Below are positions 19,624 through 27,570 of a DNA stretch of 64,000 nucleotides, piece after piece. Under the pieces are notes generated by a model. That model did no database searches. It saw nothing but the letters and a program-made list of their open reading frames with translations, and had not been told where the DNA came from. A program made the position numbers and the translations under genes. Origin of the DNA: an uncultured Methanomassiliicoccales archaeon (lineage in GTDB: Archaea > Thermoplasmatota > Thermoplasmata > RBG-16-68-12 > JAJISG01); NCBI GenBank assembly GCA_964347325.1, contig CAYFYA010000010.1, positions 1,041 through 65,040 on the forward strand, read 5' to 3'. Within the stretch, counting starts at the first letter, position 1. Every line of letters starts with the position of its first letter.

Positions 19624-19646
19624 GATAATCGCAGGAGTGATTATCA
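19624..19646 (+). promoter_or_regulatory. Inverted repeat GATAATC-N8-GATTATC upstream of the RHH regulator gene (candidate operator)
   Basis: A perfect 7-bp inverted repeat read from the sequence. It is followed by the AT-rich near-palindrome gaatatagtattc (TATA candidate) and GTAGCTAC. Confidence 0.35.
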
Positions 19647-19755
19647 CTGACTAGAACTGTGCGACAATACTTAAGGTTTGCTACTGAATATAGTATTCGT
19701 AGCTACCGTATCCCTATCGCGGTTGCACAGGAAAGCGCGAGGAAAGGTAGATATA

Positions 19756-19989
19756 ATGACGCAAGGTTACAAAGCGCGGCGGGGTCCCCGGATGCCAGGC
19801 CGCCCCAAGTCTGACAAGGCCCAATTCAACATCAGGATGGATGCTGAACTCTTGCAGAGGTACAGAGATTACTGCGATGCCAACGGCCTCGATCCCCAGC
19901 GCCAGGTAATCAACTTCATAAAGCGCCTCGTGAGGGCCGAGTTCGACTTCCAGGAGAAGCTGTGGGAAGTCCTCACTGAGGGTGAATAG
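19756..19989 (+). CDS. Ribbon-helix-helix (CopG/Arc/MetJ-like) DNA-binding protein
   Basis: A beta-strand (QFNIRMD) followed by two helices (AELLQRYRDYCDANGLDPQRQVINFIKRLV) matches the RHH pattern. I chose the ATG at 19756 over the upstream TTG at 19678. Confidence 0.5.
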   Translation: MTQGYKARRGPRMPGRPKSDKAQFNIRMDAELLQRYRDYCDANGLDPQRQVINFIKRLVRAEFDFQEKLWEVLTEGE

Positions 19990-19990
19990 C

Positions 19991-21664
19991 TCAGCCGACG
20001 ACGACCGCGAACCTCTTCTCCATTGTTGACTGCTGGTTCCGGGGCAGGGCGCCGCCCCTCATGCTCGCCACCACCAGGGCCGACCTTGAGATGGCGAGGT
20101 CCCCTATGTGTTTCACGAACTCCAAGACCGTCAGGAAGCCCGCCCCCTCCACCAGGAGTTCGAGCTCCCCCAGATAGATGAGGGTGTCCGTCGCGATGCT
20201 CCGGGAGGCGTCCCGCAATACCTCCAGATCGAGGCGAGAGACATCGTAGGAGGAGAAGTTCGGGTGGGGGGTAGGGGTTATCCACAGGAAGGCCGCGTCG
20301 TAGAGGTCGTAGTCCTCCTGCAGCTTCTCTGGAAAGACCGTAGATATCACGACCTTGCGCTGCAGAGTTGCTCGGGATATCTCCCGGAAACAGTCCTTCC
20401 TGTCCCGTTCCCAGAGAATGGAGGTCGATGACAGGAAGGTGGGCTCAGGCACCCCCTCCTCCTCCGTGGCCGGAACTTCATCGAAGAGCCCCTTGAGGGT
20501 GGCCACCTGCCCCGGCGCCAGGCTGTCGGGATCTATGTTCACCATGAGGGTGCACCCTCCCCTGCTGGCAGCCGAGGCGATTGTGGACACCGTCCTCAGG
20601 ACTGGTTTGTAGCCGTTGACCTCGATCAGGTACTCCATGTCGTCCAGCAGGACCACGGCTCCAGGGTTGTCCCTCATGAACTTCAGGATCGTTTGAAGGA
20701 CGTCCACCTCGAGATAGGTGGGCCTGAGGGTCCACATGTAGGCCTCCTGGGAGGAGAGCCACAAGATTGGCGTACGCTCCAGGGAGAAGTCCTCGGCGAG
20801 GATCTCGGGGGGAAAGGCGGTGACACACAGCCCCGGTGCCTCCTGGACGAGTTCTCGAAAGGCCGCGAAGCTGTTCCTCCTCCCCCTCTCCATGACCAAA
20901 TAGTTCCGGCCCTTCTCCCATCGAAACCTCGGGCTGACCTCGCCGACCTCCACGGCGGACTCGATGACAAGAAAGCCGTAGCGGAAGATGGCCCAGGCCA
21001 CGAAGGCCAGGAAGAGGGTGGTGTAGCCGCTCCCAAGGCCGATCCGAACTCCGGTCCCCGTGATGACGGGCCAGAAGATCTCCGAGACCGTCCCCGCCAA
21101 GGTCGGGATGGCGAACCCCGACAGCAGAAGCCCCGACCTCATCTTCGACCGGTGGTCCTGGGGTCGCGCGTAGGCCCTGGCCAAGTAGACCAAGGCGGCG
21201 ATGATGATTGCGGCGTAAAGGGAGGCCAGGAGGAGGTACAGGTCCCCGATCAGGGCAGTCGGGCCCAGGGGACCCTCCACCACTCCCTTGACCAGCAGGT
21301 CTCCAGCCCACAGGAAGGAGGTAAAGACTATGGAGGGTGTGTAGATGAGGAGGAGGCCCCAGGACTGGTCCAGCAACCCACTTCTCCGAGGGTAGGCGAG
21401 GACGAAGTGAGTCATCACCCCCGGGATGAAGGCGATCCCTATCCACATGATCTTGACGAGGAGAAGGAGCTGCTGGCCGTCCGTGGGTGGGAACGACCTA
21501 AGCAAGAGCTCCGGCACGTTCCAGAGGGTGAAGGTGGCCAGCAGGAGGACGTAGATCCGGGCGGTGCTGCCCCGAGGGTTCCTGGAGAGGATGTAACCTG
21601 CGAGAACGACGTTGATGATGAGGGAGGCCAGGGACTGGAAGGCGAAGGGATTCAAGGACGTCAC
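19991..21664 (-). CDS. Membrane sensor-like protein: N-terminal ~7-TM domain plus two tandem DUF835-like cytoplasmic domains
   Basis: Hydrophobic N-terminal ~250 aa, then two repeats of a ~130-aa alpha/beta module (VVLLDDMEYLIEVNGYKPVLRTVSTIASAAS... and DTLIYLGELELLVEGAGFLTVLEFVKHIGDLA...) resembling DUF835. Confidence 0.6.
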   Translation of the reverse strand: MTSLNPFAFQSLASLIINVVLAGYILSRNPRGSTARIYVLLLATFTLWNVPELLLRSFPPTDGQQLLLLVKIMWIGIAFIPGVMTHFVLAYPRRSGLLDQSWGLLLIYTPSIVFTSFLWAGDLLVKGVVEGPLGPTALIGDLYLLLASLYAAIIIAALVYLARAYARPQDHRSKMRSGLLLSGFAIPTLAGTVSEIFWPVITGTGVRIGLGSGYTTLFLAFVAWAIFRYGFLVIESAVEVGEVSPRFRWEKGRNYLVMERGRRNSFAAFRELVQEAPGLCVTAFPPEILAEDFSLERTPILWLSSQEAYMWTLRPTYLEVDVLQTILKFMRDNPGAVVLLDDMEYLIEVNGYKPVLRTVSTIASAASRGGCTLMVNIDPDSLAPGQVATLKGLFDEVPATEEEGVPEPTFLSSTSILWERDRKDCFREISRATLQRKVVISTVFPEKLQEDYDLYDAAFLWITPTPHPNFSSYDVSRLDLEVLRDASRSIATDTLIYLGELELLVEGAGFLTVLEFVKHIGDLAISRSALVVASMRGGALPRNQQSTMEKRFAVVVG

Positions 21665-21682
21665 GGACGACCTCCAGGAAGC

Positions 21683-22384
21683 TCACTCGCCAACGATCTC
21701 GAACTGTCCCTTGTCCACCAGGAGTGCATGGTAGTCCAGATCGTGCTTCACGCCCCTGAGCTTGACCACCCCTATGAATCGCCTGACGCTGGTGGTAAGT
21801 CCCACCTCGACCTCCCGGACCCCCAGGTGGACGATGCCGTCCGACAGGAACTCCTCAACTTCGTAGGGGCCGAAGGCCCCACCCTCCCGGGGCGTTTCGG
21901 CGACGAGGAATGTCAGGCATCCGATGGCCCTCAGGTCCTCGAAGAAGTCGAAGATCTGCTTCCTCGGGTCCTCGAACTCCGTCAGCGAGTAGAGGGCGTT
22001 GAGCGAATCGATGGCTATGAGGTCGCACCCCACCTCTTTCTTGTACTTCCTGAACTCCTTGCCCAGGGCGAGCAACCAGTCACGGGACCCTCCCATCTCC
22101 TTTAGGTCTTCCCTGAGCTTCCGCATATCCACAACTCGGAGGCTCTTCGCCTTCTCGGGCTCCAGTCCCAGGCTCATAACCTGATTCGTCAAGCTCCCGA
22201 CGCTCTGCTCCATGGAGACGTACAGGGCGTTGGCATTTCGCTCCAGGGCTTCGAAGTAGAGGATGCGGTAGGCGAAGCTGGATTTCAGGCTACCAGGCGG
22301 GCCTGAGACCAGGATAACGAAGCCTTGGGGGATACCGCCTCCGATCTTGTCATCCAGACCAGACACCCTGGTTCTTACCCTCAA
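21683..22384 (-). CDS. KaiC-like RecA-superfamily ATPase (single-domain KaiC/RadA paralog)
   Basis: Walker A GPPGSLKSSF, a Walker B-like LIAIDSL, and the KaiC-like pattern LGLE...VHLG. 233 aa. TTG start. Confidence 0.8.
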   Translation of the reverse strand: MRVRTRVSGLDDKIGGGIPQGFVILVSGPPGSLKSSFAYRILYFEALERNANALYVSMEQSVGSLTNQVMSLGLEPEKAKSLRVVDMRKLREDLKEMGGSRDWLLALGKEFRKYKKEVGCDLIAIDSLNALYSLTEFEDPRKQIFDFFEDLRAIGCLTFLVAETPREGGAFGPYEVEEFLSDGIVHLGVREVEVGLTTSVRRFIGVVKLRGVKHDLDYHALLVDKGQFEIVGE

Positions 22385-22525
22385 GGCACCCCCTCACGCT
22401 CGAGTGACCAGGCAGGAAGGACACACCCAGGTCAGGCGAGAAGTTGGAATCCAAAGTGGCTTATAAAAAGATGTCGACCCCTGGGTTCTGGCGGGAGAGG
22501 TGGGTGAGACATGTGCTACCTGGCG

Positions 22526-22540
22526 TATATTTTATATATT
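22526..22540 (+). promoter_or_regulatory. TATA-box region (tatattttatatatt) about 30 nt upstream of the 22569 ATG, with GGGAGG just before the ATG
   Basis: AT-rich block in a divergent intergenic region. A KaiC-side TATA candidate (ttttataag) lies on the opposite strand near 22470. Confidence 0.45.
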
Positions 22541-22568
22541 TCGTAGCACAATACTGCCACGAGGGAGG

Positions 22569-23438
22569 ATGGTGCGCAGATGGCTCACCAGGCTGCTTCA
22601 TCGCAGGACGGGCGTCAACCACCCTATCACCCTAACCACCGACTTCGGAGGTAGTCACTACCAGGGTATCCTTCAGGGCATCATCTACTCCATCAACCCA
22701 AAGGCCTGCCTGATAGCGGTAAGCCATCGAATCAGACCCCAGGACGTCGTGGCTGGCGCCTTTGCCCTGAAGAGTGCCGCACCCTACTACCCCTACAGCA
22801 TCCACCTGGGACTCGTCTTCCCCACAGTGAGGACGCCGGGCTCTCGGGACATCGTCGTGCGTTGTCGGAGAGGAATCTTGGTGGGACCAGACAACGGGCT
22901 ACTGATGCCGGCTGCCAGGGAGTTGGGACTCGACGAGGTGTATGAGGTCTCGAGCCCGCTACGGTGGCTTTCGACCCCCTCCAACGCCTTCTCGGCCGTC
23001 GAGGTGTACGGATCCCTGGCAGCCTACCTCTCCAGGGGCCTCAACCCCAAGAAGCTCGGTCCGAGGATCTACGGCTGGGTGGAACTGGAGGAGCCGGGCT
23101 ACCGACGGAGAGGGGACGGCCTCGAAGGGGACGTCCTCACGGTGGACCACTTCGGCAACATCATAACAAGCATCCCGGGGCGGGAGGTAGCGAAGCTTGC
23201 TGGTTACACCGACCTCCTGGAGGTGGAGGTGGACGGGAGGTCGATAAGGCTGCCCCTCCTGAAGAGCTACGGGTACGCCCCCAAGGGCAGCGTCCTGGCG
23301 ACCCTCAACAGGAATGGGATGCTGGAGATAGCGGCGTACTGCGACAGCGCCTCGAGGCTTCTAAGGGTCGAGGAGCCGACCCGCGTACGGATCGTGCCGG
23401 CGCGATCGGAAGAGGCCGAAGCTCAGGACCGCAATTGA
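22569..23438 (+). CDS. SAM hydroxide adenosyltransferase family protein (DUF62; fluorinase/chlorinase-like SAM hydrolase)
   Basis: N-terminal ITLTTDFG...G, DVVAG, and the central GPDNGLL region characteristic of PF01887. Start moved to the ATG at 22569. Confidence 0.8.
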   Translation: MVRRWLTRLLHRRTGVNHPITLTTDFGGSHYQGILQGIIYSINPKACLIAVSHRIRPQDVVAGAFALKSAAPYYPYSIHLGLVFPTVRTPGSRDIVVRCRRGILVGPDNGLLMPAARELGLDEVYEVSSPLRWLSTPSNAFSAVEVYGSLAAYLSRGLNPKKLGPRIYGWVELEEPGYRRRGDGLEGDVLTVDHFGNIITSIPGREVAKLAGYTDLLEVEVDGRSIRLPLLKSYGYAPKGSVLATLNRNGMLEIAAYCDSASRLLRVEEPTRVRIVPARSEEAEAQDRN

Positions 23439-23472
23439 GTTTAAGAGCGCCCTCCCTTTTTACGGCGATACC

Positions 23473-24771
23473 ATGCCGGGGACCGTAGTCGTTGGAACCC
23501 AGTTTGGGGATGAAGGCAAGGGGAAGATCATCGACTTCTGTGCCGAGGGAGCGGAGGTCGTGGCTCGCTTCAATGGAGGGTCCAACGCAGGGCACACCGT
23601 CAAGGTAGGCGACGAGGTGTTCCGCTTCCATCTGATCCCCAGCGGCACCATCCGGCGGGACAAGCTCAACATCGTCGGCAACGGCGTGGTGGTCGACCCT
23701 GAGGTCTTGACCCGGGAAGTTAAGGAGCTGAAGGACCGCGGGTACGCCGTTGACAACCTGAGGGTCAGCGAGAGAGCCCACATGGTGATGCCCTACCACA
23801 GGGTGATCGATGGACTGGAGGAGGCCCTGAAGGGTTCCCTGAAGGCTGGCACCACCATGCGGGGTATCGGTCCGTGCTACGAGGACAAGGCCGCCCGCGT
23901 AGGCGTGCGGTTCGGTGACCTGGTGGACCAGGCCTTGCTGAAGGAGCGCCTCTCGACCCTCGTCCCGATGAAGCAGCGTCTCATCGAGAGCTACGGCGGC
24001 GACGAGGTCCTCTCCTACGATGCCCTGCTGAAGGACTGCCTCAGATACGGCAAGGCCTTGGGGGAGTACGCCGCGGACACCTCCCTCCTCCTCCAGGAGG
24101 CCCTGGCCGATGGGAAGAAGGTGCTATTCGAGGGGGCGCAGGGAACCCACCTGGACATCGACCACGGCATATACCCCTACGGCACGTCCTCCAACGTCGT
24201 CGCAGCCGCTGCAGCCGTGGGCTCTGGCATCGGCTTCCGACACATCACCGAGATTATCGGGGTCGTGAAGGCCTTCACGAGCAGGGTGGGCACTGGGCCC
24301 TTCCCTGCGGAGCTTCCGGAAGACCAGGCTGGCTACCTCCGGGACAGATCTTTGGGCGAGTACGGAACCACAACCGGACGTCCTCGCCGCGTGGGATGGC
24401 TGGATGCCGTCATGGTCCGCTTCTCAGTTCGGGTCAACTCTCCGGACTACCTGGCGGTGACGAAGCTCGACGTCCTGGCAGGACTGGACCCCGTAAAGGT
24501 GTGTGTGGCCTACGAGTATGATGGAGAGGAGCTCCTCCACTTCCCCGCCAACATGAACGTCTTCGCTCGGTGTCAGCCTATCTACGAGGAGTTGAAGGGC
24601 TGGAAGGATATCAACGAGGATACTTGGAGAGAAGTTGTTAAGGCCGGATATGACGAGACGCCTTCGAACCTGAGGGAGTACCTCGCCTTCCTCACAAAGC
24701 AGACGGGGATTCCTGTGGGGATAGTCTCCGTGGGCCCCGCTCGCGAGGAAACGATGGACATCAGGAAGTGA
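23473..24771 (+). CDS. purA: Adenylosuccinate synthetase
   Basis: N-terminal P-loop VVVGTQFGDEGKGKIID, GIGPCYEDKAAR, TTGRPRR. 432 aa. Confidence 0.95.
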   Translation: MPGTVVVGTQFGDEGKGKIIDFCAEGAEVVARFNGGSNAGHTVKVGDEVFRFHLIPSGTIRRDKLNIVGNGVVVDPEVLTREVKELKDRGYAVDNLRVSERAHMVMPYHRVIDGLEEALKGSLKAGTTMRGIGPCYEDKAARVGVRFGDLVDQALLKERLSTLVPMKQRLIESYGGDEVLSYDALLKDCLRYGKALGEYAADTSLLLQEALADGKKVLFEGAQGTHLDIDHGIYPYGTSSNVVAAAAAVGSGIGFRHITEIIGVVKAFTSRVGTGPFPAELPEDQAGYLRDRSLGEYGTTTGRPRRVGWLDAVMVRFSVRVNSPDYLAVTKLDVLAGLDPVKVCVAYEYDGEELLHFPANMNVFARCQPIYEELKGWKDINEDTWREVVKAGYDETPSNLREYLAFLTKQTGIPVGIVSVGPAREETMDIRK

Positions 24772-24775
24772 GGGC

Positions 24776-25654
24776 TTGCAGCAGCCGCCCGTGCGACCTC
24801 GAGGAAGAGGCATCCTCGCAGTCATACGAGTAGTCTCGGTCCTAGCCTCCCTCCTTTTCGCCTTTCTCATGGGGTCTACCATATTCATGGTCGTCCCGCC
24901 CAACCTCGAGATATCGCTTCCCGACACTGAGGGCACGAACTTCGTTTACGACAACGGCGTGATGCGTATGGACACTTCAATCACCATCAGGAACAACGGC
25001 TACTACTTCGGCGGCTTCGCCATCACCCACGACATAACGAACTTCACGGTCTCAGTCCTGGCACAAGTGGAGGACATCGAGGTCGCCAACACCACCAGCG
25101 ACCCTGTCGACATCCCAATGGGGAGCTCGAGGCTGGTGCCCGTCTCCATCGCCATCAATCTGGCCCCCCTCATCTCAACGGGCTACATCGTCTTCGAACC
25201 GGCCAACGTGAGCTTCACCATTGGAGGGGGTGCTACGACTACAAGAGGCCTCCTCTCCGCCGATGCTTCCGTGACCTTGTCGATCCCCATGGAGGAGCCC
25301 CTCATCTCCGACTTCAATCTGGACTTCCAGAACAGCACCTTCTCCAACGTCACGGGCGGGGTGGAGTGGCGCCTTCCCTACACCATAGTAACAGCAGACT
25401 TCCTGCCTGGGAACGCCTCGGCGGCCTTCACCATCCTGAACGAGACAGGAGGCTTCGTCGGGAACGCCACCGAGCTCATCCCCCTGGGCCAATCTGTAGC
25501 CAGCAACCTCACCCTCTTCGTCACAGACGAGAGCTTCCTTGAGCTCATGGCAAGACCTCAGAACCTAACGCTCCAGTTTGAGTTGACCCTCCCAGGTAAC
25601 CTGACCTTCACCCGACAGATCACCATTCCCTGGGAACCCCCCGGAGGTGGCTAA
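24776..25654 (+). CDS. Membrane-anchored, sequon-rich extracellular protein (hypothetical)
   Basis: N-terminal TM/signal anchor, a beta-rich ectodomain, and at least 10 N-x-S/T sequons. Confidence 0.5.
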   Translation: MQQPPVRPRGRGILAVIRVVSVLASLLFAFLMGSTIFMVVPPNLEISLPDTEGTNFVYDNGVMRMDTSITIRNNGYYFGGFAITHDITNFTVSVLAQVEDIEVANTTSDPVDIPMGSSRLVPVSIAINLAPLISTGYIVFEPANVSFTIGGGATTTRGLLSADASVTLSIPMEEPLISDFNLDFQNSTFSNVTGGVEWRLPYTIVTADFLPGNASAAFTILNETGGFVGNATELIPLGQSVASNLTLFVTDESFLELMARPQNLTLQFELTLPGNLTFTRQITIPWEPPGGG

Positions 25655-26161
25655 GTGATTCGGAAGTACCACCCCGGGAAGGCCATCGTGTCGGGGGTCC
25701 TGACGGCCATCCCCTTCATCCTACTGCCGATCCTGTTTTTGCGGGCCTTCCAGACGCTGCTCCCTGAGATGATCACCCTGGAGCTTCAGATGGACATGCA
25801 AACACTGGAGGGTTATATCATATCCATCGGCGCCGGGGTGGTGGCCATGGCCTTCCTGACCGCCTTCTACACCAAGGGTCTTGCGGGCCGGGTGCTCTTC
25901 GGTTGTGCTCGCCAGGGGGCTAAGTTCGCCTGGGTCTACTTCTTCTTCAATGCGGGATTCATAACCCTACTGGTGACCATCGAACAGGAGGGAGGGGGTT
26001 CCATTCCCCTGGAGGCGGTCTCCTTCGCCATCCAGTTCACGCAGCTTCTCTACATCCTCTACTTCGCCATCCTGTTGATGGTGATGTACTTCGTCGCAGA
26101 GTACCTCGTCTACCGGAGGGTCCTACAGGAGCAGTACTACGTCGAGCCCTCCTTCTACTAG
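25655..26161 (+). CDS. Small polytopic membrane protein (4 TM), hypothetical
   Basis: Hydrophobic profile. Start immediately after the previous stop. Confidence 0.45.
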   Translation: MIRKYHPGKAIVSGVLTAIPFILLPILFLRAFQTLLPEMITLELQMDMQTLEGYIISIGAGVVAMAFLTAFYTKGLAGRVLFGCARQGAKFAWVYFFFNAGFITLLVTIEQEGGGSIPLEAVSFAIQFTQLLYILYFAILLMVMYFVAEYLVYRRVLQEQYYVEPSFY

Positions 26162-27087
26162 CTCGAACGGACTGCGATCGACTCCAACCGCTCCACGAGC
26201 TTGCAGGACTGGCAGACCTCGTTGCCCGTGGGCTCTCCGCATCTCTGGCAAGCGGCAACCACCGTGGGGGGATGCTGGTCCAGGAGGCTAGGCTTCAGCG
26301 AGTCGTAGGTGCTAAGGAAGGCGTGACGCGTCCCTGGGGACCCATCCTCCAGCGCGTACAAAACCTCGCGGTACCTCGTCCTCAGGGCCCTCTCGGCGTA
26401 GGGACAGGTGCCCTCATCGAAGGGGATTCCCTTTAGCAGGGCGTAGAGGTAGACCTCCTTCTCAGGAATCGTCCTGAGGGGCTGGACCCTGGGCACCAGG
26501 CCGGGTTGGACGCTGCCGTGGGGACCCATTCTGGCGAGTCTGCCAAGGTCGGCGCGACCGAGGTTCATTAGGAAGGACTGCACCGTATCGTCGAGATTCA
26601 GGCCGGTGGAGAGGTAGTCGGCGTCTGCCATCTTACCCAGGGCGTTCAGGGCCTTGCGCCGGAAGACGCCGCAGTAGCTGCACGGGATGGATTGCGGGTC
26701 CGTGCTGACGACTTCGTCCATCTCCCAACCGACGAGGTCCTTGTAGGTGATGATGCGGTGTTCCAGGTCGAGTTCCCGACACATGCTCTTCGCTGAGGCG
26801 ATGCTAGGAGGCCGGTAGTGCCGGATGCCCTCGTCGACGGTGACCGCCACGATCTCGACATCACCTCGCCTTCCAAGAATCGTGTGCATCAAGTATGTCG
26901 CCACGCTGCTGTCCTTCCCGCCGGACAGGGCGCAGGCGATCCTCGTCTTCCCGTCGAGGCTCAGCTGCTGACGAACCTCGCGCTTGACCCTCTTCTCCAC
27001 AAAGGACTGGAAGTGGGAGGAGCACAAATGCGCCCCGCTGTAGCGGATGGCTGCCACGGCCTCCACGCCACAGCGGTCACAGTTCAC
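26158..27087 (-). CDS. ncsA: tRNA 2-thiolation protein NcsA/TtuA (PP-loop ATPase with zinc fingers)
   Basis: PP-loop SGGKDS, an N-terminal CxxC...C zinc finger (CDRCGVEAVAAIRYSGAHLCSSHF), and a C-terminal CxxC (CQRCGEPTGNEVCQSC). Start reassigned to the GTG at 27087. The longer six-frame ORF runs through the divergent gene at 27208. Confidence 0.8.
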   Translation of the reverse strand: MNCDRCGVEAVAAIRYSGAHLCSSHFQSFVEKRVKREVRQQLSLDGKTRIACALSGGKDSSVATYLMHTILGRRGDVEIVAVTVDEGIRHYRPPSIASAKSMCRELDLEHRIITYKDLVGWEMDEVVSTDPQSIPCSYCGVFRRKALNALGKMADADYLSTGLNLDDTVQSFLMNLGRADLGRLARMGPHGSVQPGLVPRVQPLRTIPEKEVYLYALLKGIPFDEGTCPYAERALRTRYREVLYALEDGSPGTRHAFLSTYDSLKPSLLDQHPPTVVAACQRCGEPTGNEVCQSCKLVERLESIAVRSS

Positions 27088-27176
27088 ACCTTGCCATCCC
27101 CGCGATTCTATTAAAGGTAGGCGCGGGCTTCTGGTTGGCCCCCTGTACTCCCCCGAACATACATTCCCTTCACGCG

Positions 27177-27186
27177 TTTTATATAG
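27177..27186 (+). promoter_or_regulatory. TATA box (ttttatatag) 22-31 nt upstream of the ATG at 27208, implying a leaderless mRNA
   Basis: Canonical AT-rich element with a G/C-rich BRE-like cacgcg immediately upstream. Confidence 0.5.
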
Positions 27187-27207
27187 GGCAGCAGAGCTGC
27201 CAATCTC

Positions 27208-27498
27208 ATGAAGCCCCTGACGGTCCAGTACGAGAAGCTCAAGAACTACGTGGACTCCTCCGGGATGTACCGCATGTACGAGGAGGGGGAGGAGGTCACC
27301 CTCGTCTTCGAGCCCACCTTCGTCGAAGCCACCTTTCACGGGACAGGGGCTAGAATCTTCATCGCTGGCATCCGCCAGGGCGACCTCGTGAACATCCAGC
27401 GCTTCGAGATCGAGGATGAGAGTGGTGAGCGTCGGGACCTGGACCTAGAGGCCGCGAGGGAGTCCCTGGCAGTCTGGCTGGAGACTGTGGAGGACTAG
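27208..27498 (+). CDS. Small acidic cytoplasmic protein (96 aa), hypothetical
   Basis: ORF immediately after a TATA box. Contains the retropepsin-like degenerate string FHGTGARIF. Confidence 0.4.
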   Translation: MKPLTVQYEKLKNYVDSSGMYRMYEEGEEVTLVFEPTFVEATFHGTGARIFIAGIRQGDLVNIQRFEIEDESGERRDLDLEAARESLAVWLETVED

Positions 27499-27570
27499 TT
27501 CTCTTCATTGCTGATAATCGGAGCGTCAAACCTTTAGAGCCTCCCCGCAAGCAGATGGGTTTGCGAGGAC

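Noticed and set aside
19694-19707. 8-bp palindrome GTAGCTAC upstream of the RHH gene, also present as TGTAGCTACA at about 62462-62471
   Set aside because: Two occurrences of an 8-mer in 64 kb are within chance expectation. It is noted in the feature evidence but not elevated to a finding on its own.
20693-22105. 470-aa ORF on the plus strand, plus several others of 100-320 aa (20478..21446, 20108..20431)
   Set aside because: It lies antisense or out of frame to the well-supported DUF835 and KaiC genes. Its composition is dominated by G/E/D/P/R, which is typical of shadow ORFs in GC-rich DNA, and it has no recognisable motifs.
26158-27339. Full-length 393-aa ORF for the tRNA-thiolation gene
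   Set aside because: The N-terminal 84 codons overlap the divergent TATA-driven gene at 27208 and are not part of the TtuA/NcsA fold. The start was moved to the GTG at 27087, directly before the CxxC zinc finger.
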